A DNA stretch of 63,964 nucleotides, filler included, from Choristocarpus tenellus KU-1152 (GCA_964200185.2; 14 parts of 14 records of this genome joined end to end with filler, not necessarily neighbours in it); one strand, 5' to 3'. Shown: positions 38,052 to 51,838, counted from the first letter of the whole stretch. Made by a program: numbers and translations. The notes: generated by a model from the letters alone, not told the origin.

Positions 38052-39728
38052 AGGGTAAAAATCAAAAACAAACTCGCAATGATTTGTGCATTTTTTCACC
38101 AAGCAAGCGGGTGTGGAACCCTGACTTCGCCGGTTACTTTTCTTGAGTTTGTTGCGTGTGTGTGTTTGTGTTTGATTTCGGCACTACTCTCTGATAGGAA
38201 GTCCTGTTCTGGCCTGTGATACATGAAAGGCTTTCTTTGGTATCATCCATCTGAATACGGTTAGATTCATTTATCCACGTGCCTCTAAGCTCAGGGTGCA
38301 CATACACACATATACAGACACATACACACACACATAAATACAATATGAGATGGTGAAGGGAGTCAGGCCAACCATGGATGAAGAAGTGAGGTGCAAGTGC
38401 TATCAAATGGGGCCACAGTATTCTTGTGAAGTGTGGTAGGTAGTCTTATGTTGTGCTGTTGTAAAAACGTGCTTCTGTAGCGGTCTCCCAATCCAGTCAC
38501 ACACACCTCTCTTCTGCTCGAGTCTGTCAATGTACACTTACTGTGCTCCAGAATGAAGATATGTGTGTGCCACCGCCTTCTACGAGATGCTGTTTTTTTA
38601 ACATGGCCATGAAACCCCAGGAGGGGGGGAGATTCTCAACATGCACCCATCAAAACACACTGTTGAGAGTATGGGTCAGTCCAAAAGCTGTGGATATTGG
38701 GGGCAGGTCATTGGTTTTGTCAGAACCATGTGATTGCTCGCTCCATGCTTTGTTGGTGGGTGGGTCTTTGCTGTTGTGATCACGAGATTGATACTCCCAC
38801 TTTCCACACATAAAATGACACCACAATCTAGCAAGAACGCCTCTTCTTGGAGGTGTACGAAATGCCGTTCATTTGCTGTTTCTCGGGATTGATCGTTAAA
38901 ATGTAAGCTTGACTACCTCTCATCATTACTTCGACTCTTTCCATTTTCATATCTTACCAAACTTTGAGTAGTCTGACAGGGCCACAAAAACATTCTTTGA
39001 AGTACACATAAAAAATATTATTAGAAGTAATGTGTTCAAGACAGGACTGGTCTAGGGCCATCAGAAAGTATAACCAAGGCTGGGATTTTATATCAAATAC
39101 TACCTAGTGTGTCCCCTAAAACAGGGCTGAACCTGAGACATTGAGATTGTAACTGGGTCGGCCCATAGGCCAACCCGTATGAAATAAGTTCAAACAAGGG
39201 TCAGACCGGAGTCATCAATATCGTAACCGAACCAGGTCACTGAGTGACTTGCAGCTCCGGTCCCCTGTCAGCAGTCGGATGTATGTACACAACGTGTTAC
39301 TCTTAAATATATACTCCAGTAATAGTACTATAAAGGGGGACATGCATTTCTTGTCCTCCTAGTAAAGAGATAAATTACGTATATTATACTGCATAATTTC
39401 TCCTTCCGTCCACTATCGTCCAGCATATGTTATGTTAGGAACCAAAAACAGGTGGAGGAGTAATCTTCATTATTTTTCAAATATATTCTTGTATGCACAT
39501 CTAACCTCAAGTAGGAGTGTTTGGACTCAAAAGTGCATACAGTTGAGTCTTTTGATGTCTACGCAGTAGATGGTACGAAAAAATGGTACAAATAATCTAT
39601 TTTAACCCTATGTTAATCTTGGCATCGAGCCCACAGGACGAAACATGTAAGACCCGTGCCTCCCCAGTCGCTTATTTCGAAACTCCTGGTCAGGCGCCTC
39701 TCTTGGGATGTGCTGGAAGGAGTCATCT

Positions 39729-40208
39729 TCATCCTTCCATGTTTGATCGTGTTCCTCTTGCCAACCCCATCTTCTGTCCATATACCTCCTCGTTCCCTAC
39801 ACCACCCTCCTCCTTTCCCTCACCATCCTCCCACTCATCAATTGGCTCGAGGCGACCAAGGAGAAACATCATGATGGAAGCCCTTCCATCATGATCATTG
39901 TTCTCTTCCCCACCATTGGGTGGGGACATCTCATAGTCCTCGTTCGGGACACCACCTCTGCTTTCTCTCTGTTCCCCTCCCTCCTTCTCTTCCTCCTCCT
40001 GACTAATTGAAGGTAAGGACTCTTTTTCTTCTTCATCTTCATCATTGGCATCGAGGGATCTATAAGAAACACCCGGTCCATCGATCTGCGTGTGTAGTAT
40101 TCCTCGGAGGTTATTGTATGCAGATTCTAAGTTGTGATAATCAACTTCCAGATTCTCTATTTTTTCCTCCATTCTTGATTTTTTCACCTTCAGGGCTACG
40201 ACTTTGGC
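39729..40208 (-). CDS. Possible terminal exon: short coiled coil plus acidic low-complexity tail
   Basis: TAG acceptor then AKVVALKVKKSRMEEKIENLEVDYHNLESAYNNLRG followed by E/D/G-rich sequence; no upstream exon identified. Confidence 0.35.
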   Translation of the reverse strand, partial: AKVVALKVKKSRMEEKIENLEVDYHNLESAYNNLRGILHTQIDGPGVSYRSLDANDEDEEEKESLPSISQEEEEKEGGEQRESRGGVPNEDYEMSPPNGGEENNDHDGRASIMMFLLGRLEPIDEWEDGEGKEEGGVGNEEVYGQKMGLARGTRSNMEG

Positions 40209-40679
40209 CTACAGCTGGAAGGGGTACCAGAAAAATGTGACGGGGCTAGGAAAGGGGTGCTCAACAATATTTTCTCTTCTACACACATACACTATTTTTT
40301 AGTGGAGATGCGTGTACGTATTGTTCCAACCTCCATAGAAGAAGACAAAGCATGCCAAACATGTCGATCTGACTGACTGACTGAGTAGGCCCATATATTT
40401 GCCCCCTATCCACACTGGCTCCGGTGGTGGGCCAGGGTAAGCAAGGAACTTTCCTTCCCTTGTTCAGCTTCGGCAGGAAAGTTGTCATTTGTATCCGGAA
40501 AGAGTCAAAGAGGATCCTGTTTTGGAGATGTACATAAGCAGTACCAGTATTTTTGGGTCCTAGTAGTTTGTAGTTTTGTATTATTTAGTAGTCTTACTAC
40601 TACTGTTGCGAGGAGGATGATTATGATCTACTTGTACAACTATTATTTATGGATAGACTACAAAATGCGGGCATTCTTG

Positions 40680-42068
40680 AAACATTCCTGATACTCCATG
40701 TGTTGCTAGCATCATTACAACACACCTTTATGTTCTTGGTCCATGTACTACAATGTGAAGGCGACGTTGTGGAGTGGACTCGACATATATTTTTCTCACT
40801 ATAGTATTGGCGGGGACTCACCACTTCAAGGATGACATCGTGTTGCTTCTTCTTGGATGCGCCCATTCTCTTGAAGAGAAATCCCACGACTACCATGAGA
40901 ACGTGCGACAGAGCCAAAATATCTTAGAGGGTAGAGCTGCATCCATTTGGGGGCCAAAATCCAATGTTGCGATTTCGATGTAATTTTGGCTATCGTGTTT
41001 GTTCGGAAATGTCAGTATCCTTGTTCCAGACACACATTTTAATGACGTATACACTTTACCTACTCCGAAATATTTTGAAGTAGGAAAATGTCATAATAAC
41101 CCCAAGGGAAGTCAAGGCCCAAATGGACAAACAGGGCAAACCTCGTACTCTCTAAGATATTTTCGCTAACATCTTGAGGAAAACCTCAACGTGGGACCAC
41201 GTTACCCTGTCGATCATAGTGTCCCATGCCCCCCAGAGGGTTTCCCGTATTTGGAGAAGACTGTGCTGCCAACTCCCGAACATTTGTATGTTAGGTCCTT
41301 CAGGTATTAGGTCGTTCAGTGACCATGCCCTCGCGATTGTCACAAGTAAGGAATGTTTTCTCAGTTCGGTTGGTTTCTGTGTGGATGAGTTCCAGGATTT
41401 TTGGTCGAGAACTTCCACGAAGTCCACCAGCTCGAACGAAGCTTCGTTGTGATTTACGTTGATGCACTTTGGTCTCACAAAAAACGGGACGAAGTCAACT
41501 TCAACGAGGTCATTGTCATTGAAGGAGAAGACGGGTTAGCCCGAGATAGCCTGTCGCGATGACAAAAGTTGCTTCTTGTCCACCTTCTCGCATATCGGTC
41601 TCCCATAGAATGGGGCAAAGTAGTTGTTGACGAAGTCATTATCCTCGACGAGGATGATGGGCGAGTGTGGAGCAGCCTGTGGCGTCACTGACAACTCCTC
41701 GTGTTCCCTGTCTGTCCATGTACTACTAGCGTCGTCCTAGCCCTGTTGAGCTCCACTCTTCTCAAGCAACGAAACATTGGTAAAGATGATCGACGGTCAA
41801 AGTCACTGGGATCTCTCGGTGTGCATGGCGACCTCGACCGGTGTTACGAAACTTGTCTAAGGAGGTCGACGTAGTAGACAACTTCTTGACTTTCGAAATA
41901 CCTACTTTACGAGAATATGCCCCGAATGGTCAAGCGGAACCGAATTAGCTTCGTCAATCGTTTCAATCACCTCCCTCGTTCCCTCTTCCTCCGTTAGGGA
42001 GGAGTCTCTCGTAGAACGGAGCAAAATATGCTTCGATGAGCTCGTTGTAACTCAAGGGGAGGAAGAGG
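40680..42068 (-). pseudogene. Frameshifted, apparently intronless ORF remnant with an internally repeated motif, interrupted by a MITE
   Basis: YNELIEAYFAPFYERL, NDFVNNYFAPFYGRP and NDLVEVDFVPFFVRP; also DDASSTWTDRE and NDASNTWSIRN. CpG-rich relative to neighbouring introns. Confidence 0.5.
40911..41168. mobile_element. MITE family A copy 4 (opposite orientation)
   Basis: GAGCCAAAATATCTTAGAGGGTA ... CTCTAAGATATTTTCGCTA; ACA duplication. Confidence 0.92.
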
Positions 42069-42982
42069 NNNNNNNNNNNNNNNNNNNNNNNNNNNNNNNN
42101 NNNNNNNNNNNNTTAATTAATTAANNNNNNNNNNNNNNNNNNNNNNNNNNNNNNNNNNNNNNNNNNNNACCCCCCCCCCCTGCATCACAACAGACAGCTG
42201 CCGGAAGGTAGTCTGCAAGGTATTTGGAAGGGGAGGGGGGGGGCAACTGGGGGGACTACTGCAACAAGAAAAAATAATATTTAAACTGAGAAAAAAAATG
42301 AGCATAACGATACGGCTGCTGTGGAATTAACTGACTGCACCTCCTTGTAATAACTGTGTTTAACTGTATGTGTGTTGTGTGTAACTGTATGTATGCTGTA
42401 TGTAACTGTATGTATGTTGTGTGTAACTCTATGTATGTAAATGTGTGTAACTGCAAGCAGTAGTCTAGTAACGTGCTTCTCACAGCACATAGGCTAGGTG
42501 AGATCTCAGGCCATGAAAAACAACAGTCCAGCATCAACCATGAAGCGTCAATCATGATGATCCACGTACTTGGCTCAGTCAGACAGACAAGACAGACAAG
42601 ACACACAGGGCATATGAAGCAGGCATGGAGACATGACACACAGAGTTGCACGTGATGAAAGAGACACAGACAGGCAATACACAAACAAAAGCCAACAGCA
42701 GCAAACTCATCTCCATAGTTCCAAGTGTGGGTTCAGGAACAGGTCACATACAAGCATTCTTCTGACACCTCACACTCTTGTGCACCAACCTCCCTTGAAC
42801 GAAATTTCATTATCATTATCATTACTATTATTATTATTATTTTGTTATCATTAGTCCGGGGGTCCCAGAGCTTCCGAGAGAACGAAAGCAATACCCTCTA
42901 CATACAAAAAAAATTAAATACAAAGATTTTTTTTTTTAACAAGGGAGTACAAAACGAGAGCCTTTAACCCTTCTCTGACCCT

Positions 42983-43242
42983 GAGTGAAAAGTACGTTAG
43001 AGGGTACGTGTTTTGCCCTGTTTGTCCATTTGGGGCTTGGCTTCCCATGCTCTTTGTTTATACTCTTACCTACTCTGAAATGTTTCAGAGTAGATCAAAT
43101 GTATACGTTGTGAAAAGGAGTGTCCAGAACAAGGATATCGACATCTCCTAACAAACACGATAGACAAAATTACATCAAAATCGCAACATAGGATTTTGGC
43201 CCCCAAATGGACGCGGCTCTACCCTTTAAGGTACTTTGAATC
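42983..43242. mobile_element. MITE family A copy 5
   Basis: GAGTGAAAAGTACGTTAGAGGGTA ... TACCCTTTAAGGTACTTTGAATC; CCT duplication. Confidence 0.9.
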
Positions 43243-43247
43243 CCTTC

Positions 43248-43282
43248 AACCCTAACCCTAACCCTAACCCTAACCCTAACCT
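43248..43282. repeat. Interstitial telomere-type repeat (CCCTAA)5, the longest in the window
   Basis: Perfect hexamers between an MsrA splice donor and a MITE. Confidence 0.92.
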
Positions 43283-43290
43283 CAACTCAC

Positions 43291-45654
43291 CGCCTCCGCC
43301 TGCTCTTCAGTGTGGGAGTATACCCCAGTCCTGTACTGAGTGCCTCGGTCCCCTCCCTGTCCATTTACCTGTGTGGGGTCAATCCGGCTGAAGAAGACAT
43401 CGACCAGACTCTCATAGCTCACCTCAGACGGCTTGTAATGTACCTGGTTCGTGCGTAGTACAGTATAGATTACAGTCATTGTATTACAGTATAGATTACA
43501 GTCATTGTAGTACAGTATAGATTACAGTCATTGTATTACAGTATAGATTACAGTCATTGTATTACAGTATAGATTATATATGTATGTATGTGTATATGTG
43601 TATGTATGATGTATATGTATGATGTATGTGTATATGTATATGAATGATGTATGTATGTCTGTATGTATGATGTATGTATGTATGTATGTATATGTATCTA
43701 TGTATGTATGTATATATACATGTATCTATGTATGTATGTATATATACATGTATCTATGTATGTATGTATGTATGCATGTATGAACACACCTATGTGGCTG
43801 TCATTCATAGGTGAGCCAAAAACAAGACTCAATGGCTTCATGAAACCGTCAATCACCTCAAGGGGTAAGACCATCAGCATTAACACTTTCAACACAGTAC
43901 TAACACTTTCAACATGGTATTAACATTTTCAACACAGTACTAACACTCTCAACATGGTATTAACATTTTCAACATGGAATTAACACTTTCAACACAGTAC
44001 TAACATTTTCAACATGGTATTAACACTTACAACACAGTACTAACACTTTCAACATGGTATTAACACTTTCAACACAATCTCAACACTTTCAACACAGCAT
44101 TAACATTTTCAAGATGGTATTAACGCTTTTAACATAGTATTAACACTTTCAACACAATCTTAACACTTTCAACACAGTATTAACACTTTCAACAGTTTAA
44201 CACCCCAAAAAGGAACAGGACAGAGACAAGAGCATCATCAGATAATCACTTAGCATGAGGAGGGTGTGACCCACAATGCCCAACACTGTGTGCGCAATGT
44301 TATAGCAACCACAATGACCTGTTTCATATTTTCACAACAAATGTATTTTTATTGCCTTAGGCCTATCCCAGTCCAGACTTTCCTTACCATACACCCGACT
44401 GTTGCATACCCCCCCCTTCCCCTTCAATGTGACCTTGCCTCTGTATCCCCCCAGCCCTGAAACACTGCAATGTATCCAATGTAGACAATGCAGTCTACCT
44501 TCATCAAATTTAACTACATTCTTCAAGGTGAGAGATTGTGATAATAAACCCAACCCTAACTGCATTCTTCAAGGTGAGTGACTGCAATCATCCCAATTGT
44601 GAACCTCATCCACTACAAATTCAGGCCACTACCCATCTACTCCTCTCTAAGGTCTGACGCATGGGACTAGCCGGATAATATCCAGGCACAGCAAAGGTGT
44701 ACCCTCAAATGACACACCCTTTGCCAAATTCCATCCCATACTACCACCAACTTGGCCTCTTCATCACCCTCCAGAATTGTCAACTCCACCACCCCTCCCA
44801 GTGCAACACCCACAAACATCTCATTCAGAAACATCATTTTCCAACCTTGAACTCTAACGCCTCACTATTCCCCCATTATGATACGAACTCGAGCCTTGAC
44901 TTGAACACTAGATTTTGTTCTTTTCGATTTCTTTTTATATATTTTTTTTGTAATATTTTAAATAATAGTACATATTTCAATAATCTATATTTCAATATAT
45001 ATTTTTTGTAATATTTTAAATAATACTACATATTTAAATCATCTATATTTCAATAAAAAAAATTGTAATATTTTAAATAATACTACATATTTAAATCATC
45101 TATATTTAAATATATACTTTTTGTAATATATTAAATAATACTACATATTTAAATAATCTATATTTAAATATATATTTTTTGTAGTATTTTTAAGAATCAT
45201 TATATATTTAAATATATATTTTTTGTAATATTTTTAATAATCATTATATATTTAAATACATATTCTTCAACTCGGATGAAAAAAATGAAAAAACAAAAAT
45301 GCACAGCGGTTCCCTCATACGCCTCCTTACATTCTTACATCTCCCCTCCATGCTATCCAAACACAATCAAGCTATCCATTTCTGAAAGTCTCTCAGACAG
45401 TCCTCTCTGATCACCCACCCCCCTTCGCCACCAAGCACGGGCCTCCAACACACACACACACATCAATAACGCCTGTTCAATATCCCTTCTTTTTTTTTTC
45501 CTGCCCCTCATGAGCCATCACCTGCACAGCCTCCGTGTGACCAGATGATCCACTGCAGACTTCCCCATAGGTCGGCTTTTCGATATTCCCTTGTGTGTAA
45601 CCCACTGATGTCAAAGTAACCCCTGGTACCCTCTGGAACGCCAACTCTAGACCC
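43291..45654 (-). CDS. msrA: Peptide methionine sulfoxide reductase A, two internal exons
   Basis: Exons 45654-45522 and 43443-43291: [40 protein letters not shown]|[24 protein letters not shown]. Confidence 0.95.
43457..45262. repeat. Stack of minisatellites in an MsrA intron
   Basis: 23-bp unit x5 (43457-43576), (TATG)n (43577-43785), 20-bp TAACACTTTCAACACAGTAT array (43878-44193) and an AT-rich ~57-bp array (44941-45262). Confidence 0.9.
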
Positions 45655-45681
45655 CTACAAACCAGAACAAGACCGCACATG

Positions 45682-45713
<32 letters not shown>

Positions 45714-46236
45714 AGAAAAAAAAAAAAAACAACTTATCTCCTTTCCCCCCCTTTTCTTTTATGTCCATTTTTTATAGAGAAAAAAACAACNNNNNNNNNN
45801 NNNNNNNNNNNNNNNNNNNNNNNNNNNNNNNNNNTTAATTAATTAANNNNNNNNNNNNNNNNNNNNNNNNNNNNNNNNNNNNNNNNNNNNTTTTTGTTAT
45901 GGTTTTTGTTGGTTGGTTTGTGTGGTGGGGGGGGTGGGGGGGGGGGGGTGGCCCTGTGCGGGGCGGGAAGAAGATGTGTGAGATATTTTTCTTTTTTCTC
46001 GAGAAAAAATTAAAAAAAATAGAATATCCCTAACCCTGTACTAGGCTAAGCTCCTCATCCCTCAAGTAGCTTTGAAAACATTAAAAAAATATACAGAAGC
46101 AAAAACATAGATACTCAGACCATCAGACACACACTAATATGGGACAGAAAGCGTCCCCTTCACCCCTCCCTCCCCCTCCCCCACCCCCACCAACCCCGTG
46201 CAAGATAACACGTGCATGCTCCAAAATGTCACGTAC

Positions 46237-47650
46237 CGAATGAACTGTGTGGCTGGAAGATCCTGAGGAAGCAACAAGTCCACGTAGTAGGGGACGATAC
46301 TGGCTAGATCGACCCACGAAAAGAAGTCTGTCAGGGCCCAGCGTACCTGACCGGAAAAGCCTGGATACGTCTGTTCCCCGTCTGAGTCTTTGGCCTCGAC
46401 GATGGAGTAGAAACGGAGGACGTACTCGACTGTGAAGACCACCACCTGGGAGTTTGACCAGGATTGATCAGTGCTGGAGTGTTGGGACGATTCCACGCAT
46501 GTCATAAATTGAGGGTGGGGACACCCCTTTGTTCGAGGTACTTTCTACTCAAGGTACACTACAGCGATGGCCCAACATCATGCAATTCCGGTGGTGGGTA
46601 GTGGGGTTGGTCGAGGGGTAGAGATGGTGAACGACAGGATGTTCGAATAATTTGGGAGGGACAATGAGCTTCAATTCGACACTTGGCATGTGGGAAGGCC
46701 ACTTGTAACATCAAGCGGTCACAGAATTCAATCATATGCTCCCATGCACCTGGCTGCAGCGGTCATATGAACTACTCTCTGACGCTATGACAGAAGAAAA
46801 AGGCTTGGTGGTGGAGTTCAGGAGGGTGCAACAACACGGGACAACATTGCACGAAGTTAAACCGTCAATTACCAACAGCCAACATAGCAGGACAGCTGGA
46901 AATCGTCGGCGGATGTTATGAAGCGGAATTACGGACTCCAGTTAAACGCTATTTCAATCTCCCCAGAAAGCTGTTTTAGTCTTCCTTTCAACAAGCACAG
47001 CAGAACCAATTGAACATGGACCGCAGGATGGTGCCCAGGCCACCATCCCGTACGGATAATGAACGTCGCATTCGTTCTTACCGTTACAAGCTCGACACCG
47101 TCAAAAATCCTAGTCGCGATCTCACTATCGTCCAGGGACCTCTCTGTAGACAGCATGAAGCACAGCACATTTATCAAGATCAAGACAATGAGCCCCGCCT
47201 CCAATATCCTCCCCGTGAAGTTCTTGGCCTCGAGGAGGTGATAAACCTTACTCCGAAAGGTTTGGGGCTCCTCTGTGCCATCTTTACCTCCTGAGTTGAA
47301 AGATACGAGTCGAGACCAAGTTTAGGGGTGGTGAACACTTTATGTTACTATACTTACTGTATTTGTTGCGTTGAGGTTGCATGACACATGTATTGACTTG
47401 AACTTCGTGTCACACACAATCATGAGCAGAGAACGCAAATTGAACCAGCAATACCGTGCTGAAGTACTGGGATGTGATCACGTCCGCACGTACACAATGG
47501 TCAGGGACGGTTGGTTCCCTTGGCACCACTTGTTCGCAATAGGAATTGTGTATAAAATGCAACTAAGTTCTTTTGGTGCGGGATGGAAAAAGATGCATAG
47601 GTGGGATCACCTGATAGGAGAGGCAGACTCTCTCCCGGACCAGGCTCCAT
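46237..47650 (-). CDS. Voltage-gated (Kv-like) ion channel, first three exons (S1-S3, start of S4)
   Basis: Exons 47650-47611, 47290-47082 and 46445-46237 splice in frame: MEPGPGESLPLLSG|GKDGTEEPQTFRSKVYHLLE..LIVLILINV..FDGVELVT|VVVFTVEYVLRFYS..WVDLASIVPYYVDL..QFIR. The pore is not in the contig, so K+ selectivity is inferred. Confidence 0.85.
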
Positions 47651-48379
47651 GGTTATCGTCAATTGACCCTACGGGCAACCCTACCTACCCTTTCTGCACT
47701 CCACACTGCCCAGGCTTTTTTTCAATCTGTTGTGTTTCACCTTGACATAAAGGAAGAACATCGGCAGAACATATTTCTGTTTCCAGTAGAAAAATGTACT
47801 TATAGTATCCGATCGCTGATATTTGATATTGACAGGTTATCCAAGAGTGGATATGTTTATTCAAGTGAATCAAATGTATCGGTTACGATAATGTCCTTCC
47901 GACCAAGCATGATATTTTCTGTCAAGAATTGAATAAGTATACCAAATTATGACATATATAATGTTTTATCACAAGTAAAACAATCTATTCCAAGTTTTTG
48001 TCATAGACTCTGGTTACTCTTGTTCAAGGTTCTAAATCCAAAGGAGTAAAGGAAACAGATCTCCAAACCTTTACTGGTTGAGACGTGGGGAACCTGGTAG
48101 GGAGAGAGGCTCAATTTTCTCTACCTTCCGCGTTCCTGGGCCCCTATCATGGAGTACACAGGCCGGTGCGCTCTATAGGAATGGACAGGGACATGAAAGT
48201 TGCTTTGTCTCTAGTTGTCCATCCATCCTGAAGCTTCATTGTATTACGTTGTTAAGGATCACGCCCCTGTCCAAGGCTCCACCCACAAAGATAGAAGGAG
48301 AGCACTTACCAACGGCATTGCATATATTCCCACGTTTATCGTTAGAACTCTGTTCTATTCCAACACCCAAAATCTTTCC

Positions 48380-49397
48380 ATGAAGTGAGATACTTCTATC
48401 CTAGATGTAGTGATCCTTTGGCTTACAGTGAACCCTCCCCACAGGCCTAGCGCAGAAGACTCTCAACTACTCCCTACACACAACGGCGAGAATGAAAAAT
48501 TCTATGGAGAACCTGAGACCAATCATGCGATGACTGAGGATTGGACAAGTCGGTTCAGTCTCGACTCATGGGGAAACAATGAGCGCGTGGCCAGCTTTTG
48601 GGACTATGCCCCTAAGGGACTAGCCGCAAGGGCGTTCCTCGTAGTGATGGTCTATCTGACCATTGGTGTGTTTGTGTACACGCAGGTTGCGGACTTCACC
48701 CTCCTCGACGCGTTGTACTTTTGCATTGGTGGGTAATTAGGATAGTTGAATTGGGTTATCTATCTTCATTCCTAGACAAGGATCAATCAGCAGCATTGAA
48801 ATCGACACGTAGGTGCAACTACTGTTGGAATTTACCAAAGCTTAGAGGACCAAAAGAAATCGTTGCGACCGCGTTTTGAATCTTATCTTAGCCTGCTTTG
48901 TAAAAGTGAACGTTTATAGTAGTTCCTAGCATCGAGACACAGCAGGATCTGCAATCTTTTCTTTCCTCCTGAAAGCTCGACGTATTCATTTTGGTGGGAA
49001 GGATGCTATGGGTGCGTAGTAACAGTGTTATCTGGCACAAAATCCCGCTCTAAAAATGCCACACCTTCTGAAAAGACTAGATATGGCGATCCTCTTTGTC
49101 CGTCCTCACCCCGCAAAAAAATCTCATTATTTGACCAAGTATGTACGGCAATGCTAGCACGCTGCAACCACAGTTTATGGTCTTACTCGTTCCTATCACT
49201 CGGTGTGTCCACCGGCTGTTACATGTCGACCCTACCGATCTTTGTATCGTTCAGTGACAGTAACCACCGTGGGGTATGGCGATCTCTCTAATCACAGCGA
49301 CGGAACTAAGATTTTTGCCTGCATCTACATCCTGTTTGGCGTGGCGATGATCGGAGGCTTAATCTCGTCCTTGGTGGAGATGGTGCTGGAGCAACAG
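48380..49397 (+). CDS. K+ channel of TPK/two-pore type, 5' exons
   Basis: Exons 48380-48384 (ATGAA, tentative), 48445-48728 and 49255-49397: MKPSAEDSQLL..VYLTIGVFVY..LLDALYFCI|VTVTTVGYGDL..KIFACIYILFGV; contains the TVGYGD selectivity filter. Confidence 0.9.
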
Positions 49398-51838
49398 GTG
49401 AACACTCGACCATATAAGATCCTAGCTTGGTAGGGGTGAGTCCAAGAATTTTTTTTGTTACTATTATTTCGGCTGTTACTGCCATTGGAATAGAATAAGC
49501 AAAATGCGCTGGGGAGGAGGGGGCAAAAACGAGAGAAGAAAATGAAATAAAGCTGAAGTTACAGGGAGTAGGAGAGAGTCGTTTCGTTGTTGAAACTTGT
49601 TTTTCTATCTGGAAAAAAGATTATTGGACCCCAAAGTATCCAGGGGGGGGGGCAGGGTGATCTACANNNNNNNNNNNNNNNNNNNNNNNNNNNNNNNNNN
49701 NNNNNNNNNNTTAATTAATTAANNNNNNNNNNNNNNNNNNNNNNNNNNNNNNNNNNNNNNNNNNNNGGCGAGGCAGGGGGTCGGGGGGGTGGTGGGGGAG
49801 TGGGTGTGGGGGGTTTGGGGGGAGGGTGTGGCGGGGTGAAGAGGTCTTGTGTAAACAGTTTGTTTGGTTAACCCTAGATATCCCTTGGGCAGCACCAAGC
49901 AGAGTGCTTTGAAGTAGTGCTTTAATAAATATCTATATAGAGATCAGTAATTGTTGAGAAGCAGAGAGGGCATGCATGTTATAATGAACTGATGCCACAA
50001 CAGTGTATAGAAATTGCCCAAGCGACTCTAGTGCGCCCCCCAAAAAAACATGTTTCTGGCAGGGTGGGTATATAGGTATACCAGTTTAGGAAATAAAAGA
50101 GCCAGTTCAATGGAAGCGTGCATGAGACGGGACCGATGTCTTACACAGAATAAAACGGTTCGTAAGAGGGCAGTTGGCATTGCCCTGGGATGGATGTTGC
50201 CCCTGATTGAGATCAATAGCAACTCAGAGACTGCAACCTCTTTCACACAAGAGGGGTTGCTTCTAGGCGCTGAATTGAGACAATGGAACCGGCGACATGC
50301 TTCCTGCAAATAAACATGGTCAATCTCAGGCTTGTAGTGGTGAACCTGGAGACAGGGAGAGGAGGGAGTCCTGTCAATTCGTTTTGTTGGAAGCTTCCGG
50401 TTGTTGGTGCCAAAGTCAATCACTAACGGTGCGACACTATCATCGTGATGAGACCAGGCCGAGCTGCAGAATTTTGATGACCACGATGCGGTTGGTGCTA
50501 TAGGTGTATCTCACACACAGAGGATGCAAATGCTCAGTTAGGAGCTGCGCAATTGCACTGGCACAGGAACAACGGGTCAGGCTCTCCCACCTCGACAATG
50601 TTGTTTCCACCACTCTATTGACATTGAACATGTACCTCTCTGTGGAAGTGCTGACTATGATGAAAGAGGAGGTGAAGACATGGCCTGAAACAGGGGGGGG
50701 GCTGTATGCCTGGGCAACAGGGGGAGGGGGTTGTGTAAGGGAGACTATGCCAGCACTGAAAAAGTAGTCAACTGTAAGTAAGCACCTCTGCAGTAAGTAC
50801 AGTGCACAACGTAACGTGAGTGTACCTGTGGCTCTGCGTACAAGTGGCCAACATAGATCACTCAAAACATACCATAATGAAGGTGTCACAGGCTAAGGCC
50901 CAGTCGTAGTTACATTAACAACACAAACTAGGTTCAGGGCTAACCACCAAATTACTCATGTCAGGCAAAATGGTTCGACTGCAGGTAGAAGGAAAGGGGT
51001 CGGTGGTGGTGTCTGCAAGATAGTTACATTCACATCCTTGCTTCTAGTGACAACTACTACCATCTATCATTTGATGCGCAGCTATTATCACTATGGACTA
51101 AGCATTCTGCCATGTGGCTGCACACCACTCTCACAATACTGACATTACTAGTACAGGAGTATTGTTAGTCCAGATTTGCACTGCATTCACCTCAGTCTAC
51201 GGTTGCGCATGCCCCCAGTATCAACAAACTACCAATAAACGTGTTCTCCCTAACGGTAACAGTCACAGACGTCCCTCCTGAAAGTTGGGGGATATGGGAG
51301 TTGGAGGGAGCGCGCACTGTTGTTTCTTTGATACGAGGGGTAAATTTTGGGACCGGCTGCAGCTGCAACGTCATGATAGCCGATGGTTCGTTCGCCTTTT
51401 AACCTTCGCTATAGTGCATTCATACAAAAAGAGTCACAGCACTCAACCAAATGGGAATACTAGAGAGCGACCACAGCCATAAGGTCACAGTTCTTCGTAG
51501 TTGTCCCAAGTCACACTATCCCATGGGGATGGAGAGGTAGGCTGCGATAATCCCCTGTTTCGAGTTGAGAATGGGGGTATGCTTGGTGAGGAAGGGGCCC
51601 GGATACATCGTCCTCCCTTCAGTGCATTCTACGACTGGGATAATGAAGTGCAATAAAAGACGAGGATGAAACGGGGGCGTCTGGAGAGGGCGAGAGAGTA
51701 GGTGACTAAAACGAGGAGGGTCTTGTGGAAGATGGGGAACGTGTTTGCTGCACCCAACCAGCATTGTAAGGCGTGTACATCCAATGACATACCATACATT
51801 AGTGATTATGGCAAACAGCATCGTAGTGAGTGACCAAC

